A stretch of DNA of 64,000 nucleotides, taken from the NCBI GenBank assembly GCA_963711565.1, contig CAVQEQ010000001.1, forward strand, positions 1,120,001-1,184,000, in the 5' to 3' direction. Under the pieces are notes generated by a model. That model ran no database searches. It saw only the letters and a program-made list of their open reading frames with translations, and was not told the DNA's origin. The position numbers and the translations under genes are program-made. The DNA comes from an uncultured delta proteobacterium. Its GTDB lineage: Bacteria > Desulfobacterota > Binatia > Binatales > Binataceae. Below, in pieces: positions 42,407 to 52,898 of the stretch. Each line of letters begins with the position of its first letter. Position 1 is the stretch's first letter.

Positions 42407-44266
42407 TTACTGATGAGTCTTAATGCACTCGACTACGCGCGCGCCGAAGTCAGTGATCTTTCTTTCGCCGAATCCGCGGATATGACGCAGCGCCTCGACT
42501 ATCGTCGGCTTGATGCTAGCGAGTTCGCGCAGCGTGGCGTCGTGAAGGATTACGTAGGCGGGCACGCCCCGTTCGGCGGCAATTTCGCGCCGCAGTTTGC
42601 GCAAACTCTCGAACAGCGCCTCGTCCACGTCGCGCCACGACGCTTCTTCGATTCGCGTGCGCTTCGATTTGGACTCTTTCGCCTGTAGCAGCGTGACCGC
42701 GCGTCCCCCGCGCATCACTTCCCATGACGAGGCGTTTAGCCTCAGCGTTGGACGATCGCCGGATGTGCGCTCCAACAGGCCGGCATCGACCAGCTGATAG
42801 ACAATGTTGGTCAAGGTCTTGCGCGGCACGTCCTTCAAGATGCCATAGGTGGAAAGTTTCTCGTGACCTAATCGACGCACGCGTTCGCTGCTGGCGCCAC
42901 TCAGTACGTCCACAACGTGCTCGACGCCAAAGCGCTGCTCGACGCGCGCGACGCATGACAAGACTTTCTGCGCGAGTACCGTAGAATCCGCGACGCCTTC
43001 GACTTCGGCGAGGCAAAAGTCGCACGCCCCGCAACTTGTTCCTTGATAAGTCTCGCCGAAGTAGGCCGACAGCCCGGCATGACGGCATCGTACGACCGTG
43101 GCGAAGCGGCGCATTTCCTCGAGCAATTGCTTGCCGCTCTCCAACACTTCTGCGGGAGTCGCCGACTCCTCCGCGCTCCGCTCCATCAGGTTGCGCCATC
43201 GAATTACGTCGGCCGCCGAGTAGAACAGCACGCACTCGGCTGGCAGACCGTCGCGTCCAGCGCGCCCCGTCTCCTGCTGATAGGACTCTATCGACTTCGG
43301 GAGCGCGGCGTGGATCACGCAGCGGATGTCGCTGCGATCGATTCCCATCCCAAACGCAACCGTCGCCACCACCACGTCGATTTCCTCGGCGGCGAAGCGA
43401 TCCTGCGTGCGCCGCCGCTCGTCCGCTTCCATCCCGGCGTGATACGCGGCCGCGCGCACGCCCTCCGACACCAGGTATCTCGCTATCTGCTCGGTGTCTT
43501 TTCGGCTGATACTGTAAACGATCGACGCCTCACCTTTATGCCGCCGGATCGTCTCCGCGATCTGCGCGTTCACGTCCAGCTTCGGACGCACGCGGTAAAG
43601 CAGATTGGGGCGATCGAACGATCCAACCAGCACCGCCGGATCGTTGAGCCCAAGTTGCTCGACGATGTCGCCACGCACGCGCTCGGTCGCGGTCGCCGTG
43701 TAGGCGTGGATGCTCGCGTTCGGAAAGCGCGTCTTGAGTTCCGCGAGTCTGCGATATTCCGGCCGGAAGTCGTGCCCCCACTGGCTGATACAGTGAGCCT
43801 CGTCGATCGCGAAGCTCGAAACCTTAAGGCGCGCGACAAGATCGAGAAATCGCGGCGTCAGCAACCGCTCCGGCGCGACGAATATAAGATGATGCCGGCC
43901 GCTGGCGAGATCGCGCTCAACGTCGCGAACTTCCATCTGGTCCATCCCGCTGTGGATCGCCGCCGCCGGATAGCCCGACAGCCGCAGCGCATCGACCTGG
44001 TCCTTCATCAGCGCGATAAGCGGCGAGACCACAACGTCGGTGCGTCCAGCGACCGCGGGCGGCACTTGGTAGCATAGCGACTTGCCACCCCCGGTCGGCA
44101 TGACGACTAGCGAGTCGCGCTGCTCGAGCCCAGCCTGTATCGCCTCCAACTGCAGCGGCCGCAAACCTTCGAATCCCCAGAAGCGCCGCAAAACCGCAAG
44201 CACTTCCTCGGACGCGCCCCCACCCGCGGCTCCCGCTCCGACCATCGCCTCTTCGAAACTCTTCAT
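42407..44266 (-). CDS. recQ: RecQ DNA helicase
   Basis: MPTGGGKSLCYQ, DEAHCISQWGHDFRP, ATVAFGMGID, QETGRAGRDG, Zn-binding Cys, RQC and HRDC domains. Confidence 0.95.
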   Translation of the reverse strand: MKSFEEAMVGAGAAGGGASEEVLAVLRRFWGFEGLRPLQLEAIQAGLEQRDSLVVMPTGGGKSLCYQVPPAVAGRTDVVVSPLIALMKDQVDALRLSGYPAAAIHSGMDQMEVRDVERDLASGRHHLIFVAPERLLTPRFLDLVARLKVSSFAIDEAHCISQWGHDFRPEYRRLAELKTRFPNASIHAYTATATERVRGDIVEQLGLNDPAVLVGSFDRPNLLYRVRPKLDVNAQIAETIRRHKGEASIVYSISRKDTEQIARYLVSEGVRAAAYHAGMEADERRRTQDRFAAEEIDVVVATVAFGMGIDRSDIRCVIHAALPKSIESYQQETGRAGRDGLPAECVLFYSAADVIRWRNLMERSAEESATPAEVLESGKQLLEEMRRFATVVRCRHAGLSAYFGETYQGTSCGACDFCLAEVEGVADSTVLAQKVLSCVARVEQRFGVEHVVDVLSGASSERVRRLGHEKLSTYGILKDVPRKTLTNIVYQLVDAGLLERTSGDRPTLRLNASSWEVMRGGRAVTLLQAKESKSKRTRIEEASWRDVDEALFESLRKLRREIAAERGVPAYVILHDATLRELASIKPTIVEALRHIRGFGERKITDFGARVVECIKTHQ

Positions 44267-44474
44267 CGTTCTGCCGCCGCCATATAGAAAGCCGTTTCGC
44301 ATTATTAGTAACAACATCACGATTGCTGGCAAAACCAGCCCAGGCCAGGATTCGTCGCGCACCAGTGCCGCAAGGCACAAAGGCGGCGAATGATCGCGAT
44401 CAGAATTTGATAAACACAGCTTCTGACTATCCGACTGATAGCGAATGCTAACAAACAGACAGCGATGGACGGCC

Positions 44475-44496
44475 TATACAATATTTTGTATATACT
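44475..44496 (+). promoter_or_regulatory. Palindromic operator overlapping a -10 box
   Basis: TATACAA-N4-TTGTATA (44475-44492) overlapping TATACT (44491-44496). Confidence 0.7.
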
Positions 44497-44518
44497 CTCG
44501 GCGGCGCAGGAATGAGAC

Positions 44519-44827
44519 ATGACGATGAAGATTCAGCGGTCCAGCGGGAACGTTTTCCGAGACCTTGGCTTCGAGGCGAAGGAGGCTGAGAGCTTGCGGC
44601 TTCGCGCGGAGCTAATGGTGGAAGTCAGGCGTCTTATCGAGGGGCGAAAACTTACTCAGCGTTCGGCGGCAAGCCTCCTGGGAGTCACCCAGCCGCGGAT
44701 CAGCGATCTTATTCGCGGCAGGATCGATCTGTTCAGTATCGATTCGCTCGTCAACATGCTCGCGCGCGCAGGAATGCGCATCCAGCTTCGAATCGCCAGC
44801 CGTCGCCGCCCTGCTCAAGCCGCCTGA
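44519..44827 (+). CDS. XRE/HTH_37 family antitoxin-like regulator (orphan)
   Basis: SSGNVFRDLGF, LTQRSAASLLGVTQPRISDLIRGRIDLFSIDSL. Confidence 0.9.
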   Translation: MTMKIQRSSGNVFRDLGFEAKEAESLRLRAELMVEVRRLIEGRKLTQRSAASLLGVTQPRISDLIRGRIDLFSIDSLVNMLARAGMRIQLRIASRRRPAQAA

Positions 44828-44947
44828 AAGCCCAGACAGCAGAACAACGTGTACGATAAGGCTACATCCTAGTTGACGCATGGCGGCCAAACTTTCAGTC
44901 TCTTTTACGTGGATCGGCCCAGGGACTCTCCGGGGAGGTGACGGCGC

Positions 44948-45889
44948 ATGCCCAACTTTCGAATACTGTCCTGCGATGGCGGCGGAATCCGCGGAGTATT
45001 GAGCGCGGTTCTGCTCAATCGGCTGTCAGCCGCGTATCCCAATCTGCTGCAGGATCGACCCGATACGATCTCGATGTACGCCGGTACCTCGACCGGCGGA
45101 ATCCTGGCGCTCGGACTGGCCGCCGGTCTTACCCCCGCACAGATCCGCGACCTCTACGTTACGGACGGAAAGCTGATTTTCGATTCGTCGTGGACGCGCG
45201 ACGTGGTCGAGCTGGGCGGGCTCAGCGGATCGAAGTACGACAACGTGAATCTCAAGCAGATTCTCCAGGAGACCTTCGGCGCCAGGAAACTCCAGGACCT
45301 GAAACCGCGCGTTCTGATCGCGTCGTTCAGCCTGGACAATCAGGCGTCCGATCCTGCCTCCCGCACCTGGAACCCGAAGTTCTTTCACAACTTCACCGGC
45401 CCCGACAGCGACGGCGATTCTCTGCTGGTCAACGTCGCGATGTCCACCAGCGCGGCGCCGACCTACTTTCCCTCGTACGGCGTGTACATCGATGGCGGCG
45501 TGATCGCCAACAATCCGAGCATGGCCGCCGTGGTGCAGGCGATGGATGGCCGCAATCAACCCGGCGAGCGCGCGACGCTGGACGGAATCAAGCTGCTATC
45601 CATAGGCACCGGCGCCTCGCTGCAATACATCGACGATGTCGACCACGATTGGGGCGACGCGCAATGGATCAAGCCGATCCTCAACGTGATGATGGACGGC
45701 AGCGTCGGCGTCGCCGATTTCGAATGCCGCCAACTGCTCGGCAACAGCTATTGCCGCGTCGAGCCGATATTTCCCGCCGGAAAGTCCTTCGCCATGGACG
45801 ATGTCAGCAAGGCCGTCAACCTGATGGACCAGGCAAATTCGTTCGACCTTGCCAGCACCGTCGCATGGCTCAACGCGTCAGGTTGGTGA
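44948..45889 (+). CDS. Patatin-like phospholipase
   Basis: DGGGIRG, GTSTG, SAAPTYF, DGGVIANNP, LSIGTG. Confidence 0.93.
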   Translation: MPNFRILSCDGGGIRGVLSAVLLNRLSAAYPNLLQDRPDTISMYAGTSTGGILALGLAAGLTPAQIRDLYVTDGKLIFDSSWTRDVVELGGLSGSKYDNVNLKQILQETFGARKLQDLKPRVLIASFSLDNQASDPASRTWNPKFFHNFTGPDSDGDSLLVNVAMSTSAAPTYFPSYGVYIDGGVIANNPSMAAVVQAMDGRNQPGERATLDGIKLLSIGTGASLQYIDDVDHDWGDAQWIKPILNVMMDGSVGVADFECRQLLGNSYCRVEPIFPAGKSFAMDDVSKAVNLMDQANSFDLASTVAWLNASGW

Positions 45890-45902
45890 CGCGTCGCGCT
45901 GT

Positions 45903-46397
45903 TCAGTGCGGCGCTCGCTCACCGCGGTACTTGAGCGTCATCTCCGCGACTCCGGCCGCGACGTTCAGTCCGTTCTGCCCTTCGACGGACACCGGCTGAA
46001 GCGCGATCGACTTATCAAACCCTCCGACCAGCACGTTCGCACCCGCACCCACACCAAGCGCGAGGCTCGCGGTCGCACCGCCGTAATGACCCTCCAGTGC
46101 GCCGGGCTTGAGATCGTTGGTCGGCGCGGCGACGGCCCACAAGATCACGGCCGACTTGAGATAACCGATATCAGCGCCGAACTTGGAGACGCTTCCGCTG
46201 TAGTACTCGACTCTTCCGCCGTTGGACGAGTACGAGCATCTCAGCTCGCGCGAAGATCCGAACACGAATCCCCATCCCGAGGCTTCGTGACAAGTGAGAT
46301 AGCCGGTCTTGACCGTCGCGGCCTGCGCCGGCAGTGACCAGCAACTCAAGAGAAGAATACTGGTTGCGGCAAGAACGGTAAGAAGTCGTGGTTTCAT
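45903..46397 (-). CDS. DUF992 domain secreted protein
   Basis: Signal peptide; GYLTC...GFVFGSSRELRC, GADIG, SIALQPVSVEGQNGLNVAAG. Confidence 0.88.
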   Translation of the reverse strand: MKPRLLTVLAATSILLLSCWSLPAQAATVKTGYLTCHEASGWGFVFGSSRELRCSYSSNGGRVEYYSGSVSKFGADIGYLKSAVILWAVAAPTNDLKPGALEGHYGGATASLALGVGAGANVLVGGFDKSIALQPVSVEGQNGLNVAAGVAEMTLKYRGERAPH

Positions 46398-46607
46398 CTC
46401 TTTTTTCTCCTGAAGCAAAGGTCGTCGCTGTTGGCTCTCAGGGTTCATTCGCCCTGACTTCTATCAACGGTAGACCAAACTTCCTCTCCGAAACAAGTTT
46501 TTCGCCCACACGATTAGCGGCAGCAGCGAGCCTCAACTTGACCTTCAATGCTCGTTGGGCGACAGATCTGACCCTCTGTTTGAGGCCGCAGGGGAGGCTA
46601 ACGTTCT

Positions 46608-47525
46608 ATGAGCTCCGAAATCGCATCCAACAAACTCCTGGACAGGTCTAAGGCCCTGACGGCCTCGAAAAACTTCCTGCAGCAAGTGTTTCACGATTTC
46701 TCGAAAGACGAATGCCCATCGATGGCTGCGGCGCTGGCATACGCAACCTTGTTTTCGCTGCCATCTCTTTTACTGATCGTCATCTACATTGCAGGCCTCG
46801 TCCTGGGTCCCCAAGCTGCCAGCGGCCAGATCGAGTCGAAGCTAAGCGGCGCGATGGGACCGCAAGCCGCCGCACAAATCCAGACCATGGTCAGCAACGT
46901 GGCGCAGAACCATGCTGGTGGATTGATCGCAACTGTGGCGGGATTTGTCGGGCTGATACTTTCCGCGACCAGCGTGCTGCTGCAACTTCAGTTGTGTCTC
47001 AATAAGGCGTGGAAAGTAACCGCGGTCGGCTCCGGCTGGAAAAGTTTCGCGATGCAACGCGTCCGCTCGATTCTTCTGTTGATCGGCGCCGGCATCCTCG
47101 CGATGGTGTCGGTCGTGGCGGGTTCAGCGATTTCCGCGCTCGCGCACATGATTCCTTTCCCGGGGGCCGCACACGCCGGCGAGATTCTGACATCGTTGAT
47201 AATGTTCGCGCTGGTCTTCGCGGCGATTCTGAAAGTAATGCCTGATGTCCATCTGCGCTGGAGCGACGTATGGGTGGGAGGCTTGTTCATCGCCGTGTTG
47301 TTCGTGGTTGGAAAATTCCTAATCGGCCTTTACCTCGGCCACGCGAGCAAGGCCAGCGCCTACGGAGCCGCCGGCTCGCTGGCCGTGATCCTGCTATGGA
47401 CCTACTACTCGGCGCTGATCTTTTTGCTGGGAGTGGAATTCACCCAAGTCTGGGTCCGCAGCCGCGGTCAGGAAGCCCCGCCAAAACCAGGCGCCGTCCG
47501 ACGCGAGCCTCTACCCAGCAGCTAG
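46608..47525 (+). CDS. YihY/virulence factor BrkB family membrane protein
   Basis: AAALAYATLFSLP, YGAAGSLAVILLWTYYSALIFLLGVEF. Confidence 0.92.
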   Translation: MSSEIASNKLLDRSKALTASKNFLQQVFHDFSKDECPSMAAALAYATLFSLPSLLLIVIYIAGLVLGPQAASGQIESKLSGAMGPQAAAQIQTMVSNVAQNHAGGLIATVAGFVGLILSATSVLLQLQLCLNKAWKVTAVGSGWKSFAMQRVRSILLLIGAGILAMVSVVAGSAISALAHMIPFPGAAHAGEILTSLIMFALVFAAILKVMPDVHLRWSDVWVGGLFIAVLFVVGKFLIGLYLGHASKASAYGAAGSLAVILLWTYYSALIFLLGVEFTQVWVRSRGQEAPPKPGAVRREPLPSS

Positions 47526-47543
47526 CAAACCGCGCGCGCCCGG

Positions 47544-48685
47544 CTACCTTAGGTCGCGGCCGGTGTAGCCGAGGATCGAGCGGGCGATAATCAGGCGCTG
47601 TATTTCGCCGGCGCCTTCGTAGATGTCGAAGATGCGGCCGTCGCGGAAGCATCGATCCAGCGGATGGTCCTCCGAAAGCGCTTCGGGGCCGAGGATGTCG
47701 ATGCATCCCTGAGTGATTTTTCGCGCCGCTTTGCCGCCCGCGGCTTTCGCGATCGATGCTTCCACTTTCGGCGGCACGTCCTGCTGCTCGAGCCACTTCG
47801 AGCGGAGCACCGTCAGCAACGCCGCTTCGTAGATGGCTTCCAGCCGGATGAAACGATCGACGACCGCCGAGCGGCTGCGCATCCCGCCGCGGTAGCTGAT
47901 TTCGATTCCGCGCTCGGCCAGCTTTTCGCGCGTGAAATCCAGCGCCGCGCGCGCGACTCCAAGCGCCATCGCGCCAACCATCGGCCGCGAGTCGTTGAAC
48001 ACCGACATCGTGGATTTGAAGTCGCCCTTGATGTGGTTGAATTCGGGGATCCGGCAATTCTCGAACAGCAGGTTGCAGGTATCGTGCGAGCGGATGCCGA
48101 GCTTTCTGAGTTGCGGCCCGACGGTGAATCCCGGCGTGCCCTTTTCAACCAGAAAGGTGGTCATGCCGCGGCTGCCGTCCGGCGCGATGAATCGCGACAG
48201 CACCATCGCCGCGTCGCCCGATTGCGCCTGCGAGATGAAAATCTTCTCGCCGTTGAGTATCCATTCGCCGGTCTCGCGATCGAAAGTCGCGGTGGTGCGG
48301 ATGTTCGCCGGGTCCGAGCGGCGCCGGGCTCGGTAATCGCGATCGCGATCGTGTGGTTCTTCCACTTCTCGAACTGCTCGGGCGTCGCGACTGTCTTGAG
48401 CACGGTGTTGCCGAGTCCCCATTTGCTACGATGCAGTGCGATTCCGCCCCAGTAGACTTCGAGCATCACCAGCGAATGGAGAATGCGCGATCCGCTGCTG
48501 CCGCTGAGGCTTTCCTCGGCTAGCGTAATCGGATTGGGCAAGTCTTTCGCTTCAGGAAACTCCTCGGGCTCGAGTTCGTCTTCGTGCTTGTCGTAGTAAC
48601 GCGCATAGCGCCGTCCGATGATCGCCTGCTCGTGCGCGCTACTCAGAACTTTCTCGTCAGCCGGAGTCAGTTGAAAATCTATCAT
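47544..48685 (-). CDS. Acyl-CoA dehydrogenase, one frameshift at ~48320
   Basis: MIDFQLT...AITEPGA joins GSDPANIRTTA...NGEKIFIS...IYEGAGEIQR if one G is restored. Confidence 0.88.
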
Positions 48686-48714
48686 CGCAATTTCCTCGTC
48701 GTAATTGTCGAACC

Positions 48715-49792
48715 CTAAACTCCGACCGCGCCTTCCAGCACCGACACCGTGCGCGTGTCGCGATACCACATCTCGACCGGGTTATCGCGCAGGTAGCCGT
48801 GGCCGCCGAGCATCTGGACGCCTTCATCGGCGATCCACATCGCATTCTCGCCGCAATAGGTGTACGCGAGTTGCGCCTGCCGCGCGGCGTCGCCGCTTTG
48901 CTCGAAGAATCGACGCCGCCTTCCAGGTCATCCAGCGCATCGCGTCGGTTTCGATCCGCATGTCAGCGAGACGGAATGCGATCGTCTGTTTCTTTGCGAG
49001 CGCGTCGCCATGAACCACGCGCTCCTTCGTATAAGGCATCACGAACTCCATCACGGCCCGACTGGTACCGGTCATGATCGCGGACAATGCGATGCGCGCC
49101 GAGTCGATGATGCGCTGAACGTCGCATCCCGCGCCCTCACCGAGCCGCGCGCTGGAGGGTAATTCGACATCCTTGAAGCTGACGGTCGCCATCTCGAGCG
49201 CGCGCAATCCGACATTCGGTTTCCTCTCGCCGACCGTCACACCTTTCGCGTCCCGCTCGACGATAAGCGCGTCGAGCGCGCCGTCACATTGCGCGACAAC
49301 TAGAAAGTGACTGCAATTCTCCGCCAGCGGAACGAGTCCCTTCACGCCCGACAAGCGATACCCGTCGCGCGTCTTGATTGCGCTGGTGCGAATCGACGAA
49401 ACATCAAAGCCGAAGTCAGGCTCCGTGATTGCGACGCCCGCGCATCGATACTTGTCGCCCGCAAACAGGGGCAGCAGATTTTTCTTTTGCGCGGGCGAGC
49501 CTTGAGCGGAGATCGCGCCGAGAAATCCGATCGGCGCCGCGGCGGCGATCGCGAATGAAGCATCCGCGACCGCAAGTTCCTCGAGAAGCAGCGCATTCAG
49601 CGTCGGCGAATAGCCGCCGGCCTCAGCCTGCGACTGGATGATCCCGGTGGCGCAAATCTCGTCGAGAATCGACGACGGGATGCACTCGCGATCGTCGGCG
49701 CCGCGCGCCGCGGGACGAAGCTGCGAGCCGGCGAGCTCCTGCACCATCGATTGCGCGAGCCTCTGTTCCTGGGTCAATTCAAAAGAGATCAC
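48715..49792 (-). CDS. Acyl-CoA dehydrogenase-like partner subunit, one frameshift at ~48905
   Basis: GTG start with GGAGG RBS; ISFELTQEQ...KQTIAFRLADM; removing one T restores ...EGVQMLGGHGYLRDNPVEMWYRD...VLEGAVGV*. Confidence 0.85.
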
Positions 49793-49814
49793 TAGCTTTT
49801 TCCTCCAATTCCGC

Positions 49815-49857
49815 TTGACATTCGGCGGTCTCTCGGGGTACCAATGGTTGAACCAAT
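49815..49857 (+). promoter_or_regulatory. Promoter with FadR/PdhR-type operator
   Basis: TTGACA at 49815-49820; aaTGGTtgaACCAat with core at 49845-49855. Confidence 0.65.
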
Positions 49858-49864
49858 GGAACAT

Positions 49865-50656
49865 ATGAACGACACGAATGTCAAGCGCAAACGGCCGGTG
49901 CGGGTGGCGACGCCGCGCCGCGTCGAGTTCAGCCGCATCCGCAACCTGCGCGCGTTCGAGGAGATCGCCGATCAAATCCGCAAGGAACTTTCGGATCGCC
50001 GCCTGCGAGCGGGCGATCGGCTGCCGCCCGAGCGAGTGCTGGCCGAGCAGTTCGGCGTATCGCGCAACACCTTGCGCGAGGCGCTGCGGTCGCTCGAAAA
50101 TGCCGGGCTGCTGCGCTTGCAGAAGGGCGCGACCGGCGGCGCGTTCGTGCGCGAGAGCACCGGCGACGCGATAATCACCGGGCTGCGCGACATGTTCCAT
50201 CTCGGCGCGATCCAGCCCGAGCATCTGACCGAGGCGCGCGTGATGATCGAATCGATCGCCGTGCGCACCGCGTGCGAGCGCGCGACGGCCGAGGACATCG
50301 AGGCGCTCAACGGCAACATCGCGGCGGCGGAGCGGGCCGTGCGCGACAAGATCGATTTTTACGATCAGGCCGCGATCCATCTGGAGTTCCATCGCATCCT
50401 CGCGCGCGCGACCAAGAATCCGGTGATGGTGATCGTGATGGACGCGCTGATTGACGTGATGCAGCACTTCATCCGGGCGATCGGGCAGAAGCGGAATCCG
50501 TGGGTGATACCGTCGCGGCGGCGATTCATGAAGCAGTTTGAAGCAGGGGATGCCGACGGCGCCGTTGAGGAGATGGAGCAGCATCTCGAGCGCCTCAATC
50601 GCCACTACCTGTCGCTGATGAAAGAGAAGGACCGCACCGAGGCTGCCGGTGAGTAA
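49865..50656 (+). CDS. GntR/FadR family transcriptional regulator
   Basis: GDRLPPERVLAEQFGVSRNTLREAL wHTH; FCD domain FHRILARATKNP; start uncertain (49844/49856/49865). Confidence 0.93.
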   Translation: MNDTNVKRKRPVRVATPRRVEFSRIRNLRAFEEIADQIRKELSDRRLRAGDRLPPERVLAEQFGVSRNTLREALRSLENAGLLRLQKGATGGAFVRESTGDAIITGLRDMFHLGAIQPEHLTEARVMIESIAVRTACERATAEDIEALNGNIAAAERAVRDKIDFYDQAAIHLEFHRILARATKNPVMVIVMDALIDVMQHFIRAIGQKRNPWVIPSRRRFMKQFEAGDADGAVEEMEQHLERLNRHYLSLMKEKDRTEAAGE

Positions 50657-51857
50657 CGACATCCTGAGCGGGGTGCGGGTGCTCGACTTCACGACGATTG
50701 TGTCGGGGCCGTATTGCACGCGCTTGCTCGCGGATCTTGGCGCCGAGGTGATCAAGATCGAGCCGCCCGAAGGCGACTTCATTCGCACGCAGCCGCCGAT
50801 TCGCGCGGGCAGGAGCGCGTACTTCGCTCATTTGAATTGCGGCAAGAAGAGCCTTGCGATCGATTTGCGGCAGGCTGGGGCGAGCGAGCTGGTGCAGCAG
50901 CTTGCCACGAAGTCGGATGTGGTCGTCGAGAATTCGCGGCCGGGCGTGATGCAGCGGCTCGGGCTCGACTACGCGACGCTCGCATCGATGAATCCGCGAC
51001 TCGTGTACTGCTCGATCTCGGGCTTCGGGCAAAGCGGCCCGTGGGCGACGCGCAGCGCGTACGCGCCGATGTTGCACGCGGCCAGCGGTTTCGACCTGGT
51101 CAACATGTCGTACCAGAACGGGCTCGAGCGGCCGCTCAACACCGGCATCTACGTTGGCGACGTGCTGGGCGGGACGTATGCGTTCGGCGCGATTCAATCC
51201 GCGCTGCTCGCGCGCGAACGCAGCGGCCGCGGCGATCGAATCGACCTGGCGATGATGGACGGGCTGCTCAGCATGCTCATCTATGAGTTCCAGGAAGCGC
51301 AGCTTCCGCCGATGAAGCGGACGAATACGTTTCAGCCGACGCGCGCGAAGGACGGATTTATAATGATCGCGGCGGTGAAGCCGAATAATTTCGAGGCGTT
51401 GGCGCGCGCCGTCGGGCATCCCGAATGGATGAACGATGCTCGCTACGCGACCGCGAAAGGCCGCGCTGCGAATTGGAGTTGGTTCATGTCGATGCTGGAC
51501 GAATGGGCGGCGACGCGAACGATGGAAGAGTGCGAGGCGATACTGACCGAGGGCAGCGTGCCGTGCTCGCGGTATTACACTGTGCGCGAGGCGCTTCAGC
51601 ATCCGCATCTCGAGGAGCGCGGAAGCTTCGAGGTGATCGACGACGGCGCGGGACCGCTCAAGGTGCCGAATCCCGCGTTCAAGTTCGGCAATGCCAACGC
51701 GCAGGCGCGGAACTATGTGGCGGCGCTCGGCGCGGACAACGCGAGCGTCCTTTCGAGCGTGCTGGGGTATTCCGAGGATCGCATCGCCGCGCTATACGAG
51801 AAACAGATCCTTCACGACGATAGCAGCCGAGCTTCGGGAGGACATGCAAATGGGTGA
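50649..51857 (+). CDS. CaiB/BaiF (family III) CoA-transferase
   Basis: LSGVRVLDF, LADLGAEVIKIE, NCGKKS, ENSRPG, ISGFGQSGP, VGDV. Confidence 0.93.
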   Translation: MSNDILSGVRVLDFTTIVSGPYCTRLLADLGAEVIKIEPPEGDFIRTQPPIRAGRSAYFAHLNCGKKSLAIDLRQAGASELVQQLATKSDVVVENSRPGVMQRLGLDYATLASMNPRLVYCSISGFGQSGPWATRSAYAPMLHAASGFDLVNMSYQNGLERPLNTGIYVGDVLGGTYAFGAIQSALLARERSGRGDRIDLAMMDGLLSMLIYEFQEAQLPPMKRTNTFQPTRAKDGFIMIAAVKPNNFEALARAVGHPEWMNDARYATAKGRAANWSWFMSMLDEWAATRTMEECEAILTEGSVPCSRYYTVREALQHPHLEERGSFEVIDDGAGPLKVPNPAFKFGNANAQARNYVAALGADNASVLSSVLGYSEDRIAALYEKQILHDDSSRASGGHANG

Positions 51858-52893
51858 GATCCTGGCAGTTGGAATAACTCACTACCCGCCGCTTGCCGGC
51901 AGCGACGAAACGATGGCGTGGATTCTCAAGCGGATGCTGCAGAACCCGCAGCTGCCGGAAAAATATCGAAACGCTAACGGCTGGCCGGAGGCGATGCGCG
52001 CGGAATGGGGCAACGATGAGGGAACCAGCGCCGCGCACGCACATCGCGAGCACCTGGTGCGATCGCTGCGCAAGGCGCGCGCGCAAATCGACGAATTTCG
52101 CCCCGACTTCATCGTGGTGTGGGGCGACGACCAGTACGAAAATTTCCGCGAGGACGTGATTCCGCCCTACTGCATCTATGCGCACGAATCATTCGAGTTC
52201 GCGCCGCCGGCGCGTAACGTCTGGAACGAGCCGGCCGACAAGAAAGTTCATGCGACGGGGAATGTCGCGGCCGCCAAATATCTCGCGGGCGGATTGATCG
52301 AGGCCGGTTTCGACACCGCGTACTCGTACAAGCCGCTGCATCATCCGCTTGGCCACGCGTTCGCTAACGCGGTGCTGTACCTCGATTACGATCGTAAAGG
52401 ATTTCCGTATCCGATCATTCCATTCGCGATAAATTGTTATGGGCGCAAAGTGATCGCGCAGCGTGGCGGCCTGCCGGCGTTCGAGAATCCGCCGTCGGAG
52501 GCGCAACTCGATCCACCCGCGCCAACACCGCGGCGACTGTTCGATCTCGGCGCTGCGACCGCGCGAATCTTTGCGGACAGTCCGTGGCGGGTCGCGTTGA
52601 TGGCGTCGTCGGGATGGTCGCACGCGTTCCTCACGGCGAAAAATAATTTTCTCTATCCGGACACGGCCGCGGATCGCGCGCTGTTCGAGGCGCTGCGCGC
52701 GGGCAACTTCGAGGCGTGGCGGAACTATCCGGCGGCGTCGGTCGAGGCTAGCGGTCAGCAGGAAATTCTCAACTGGATGTGCCTGGCGGGAGTGCTCGCC
52801 GAATTGAAACGCAAGCCGGCAGAGGCCGAGTTTATCGACACGTGGATTTTTAATTCCTCGAAATGTTTCCTGACGGCGCCGCCGCCACGCTGA
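51850..52893 (+). CDS. LigB-like (class III extradiol dioxygenase fold) protein
   Basis: GITHYP, PDFIVVWGDDQYENF, GHAF, RVALMASSGWSH, SGQQEILNW. Confidence 0.7.
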   Translation: MGEILAVGITHYPPLAGSDETMAWILKRMLQNPQLPEKYRNANGWPEAMRAEWGNDEGTSAAHAHREHLVRSLRKARAQIDEFRPDFIVVWGDDQYENFREDVIPPYCIYAHESFEFAPPARNVWNEPADKKVHATGNVAAAKYLAGGLIEAGFDTAYSYKPLHHPLGHAFANAVLYLDYDRKGFPYPIIPFAINCYGRKVIAQRGGLPAFENPPSEAQLDPPAPTPRRLFDLGAATARIFADSPWRVALMASSGWSHAFLTAKNNFLYPDTAADRALFEALRAGNFEAWRNYPAASVEASGQQEILNWMCLAGVLAELKRKPAEAEFIDTWIFNSSKCFLTAPPPR

Positions 52894-52898
52894 ATCGT

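Noticed and set aside
44948-45889. CBASS CapV effector
   Set aside because: No CD-NTase or cap2/cap3 genes nearby; treated as a stand-alone patatin
48824-50788. 654-aa minus-strand ORF
   Set aside because: Chimera of the antisense frame of gntR with the true ACAD, which starts at GTG 49792
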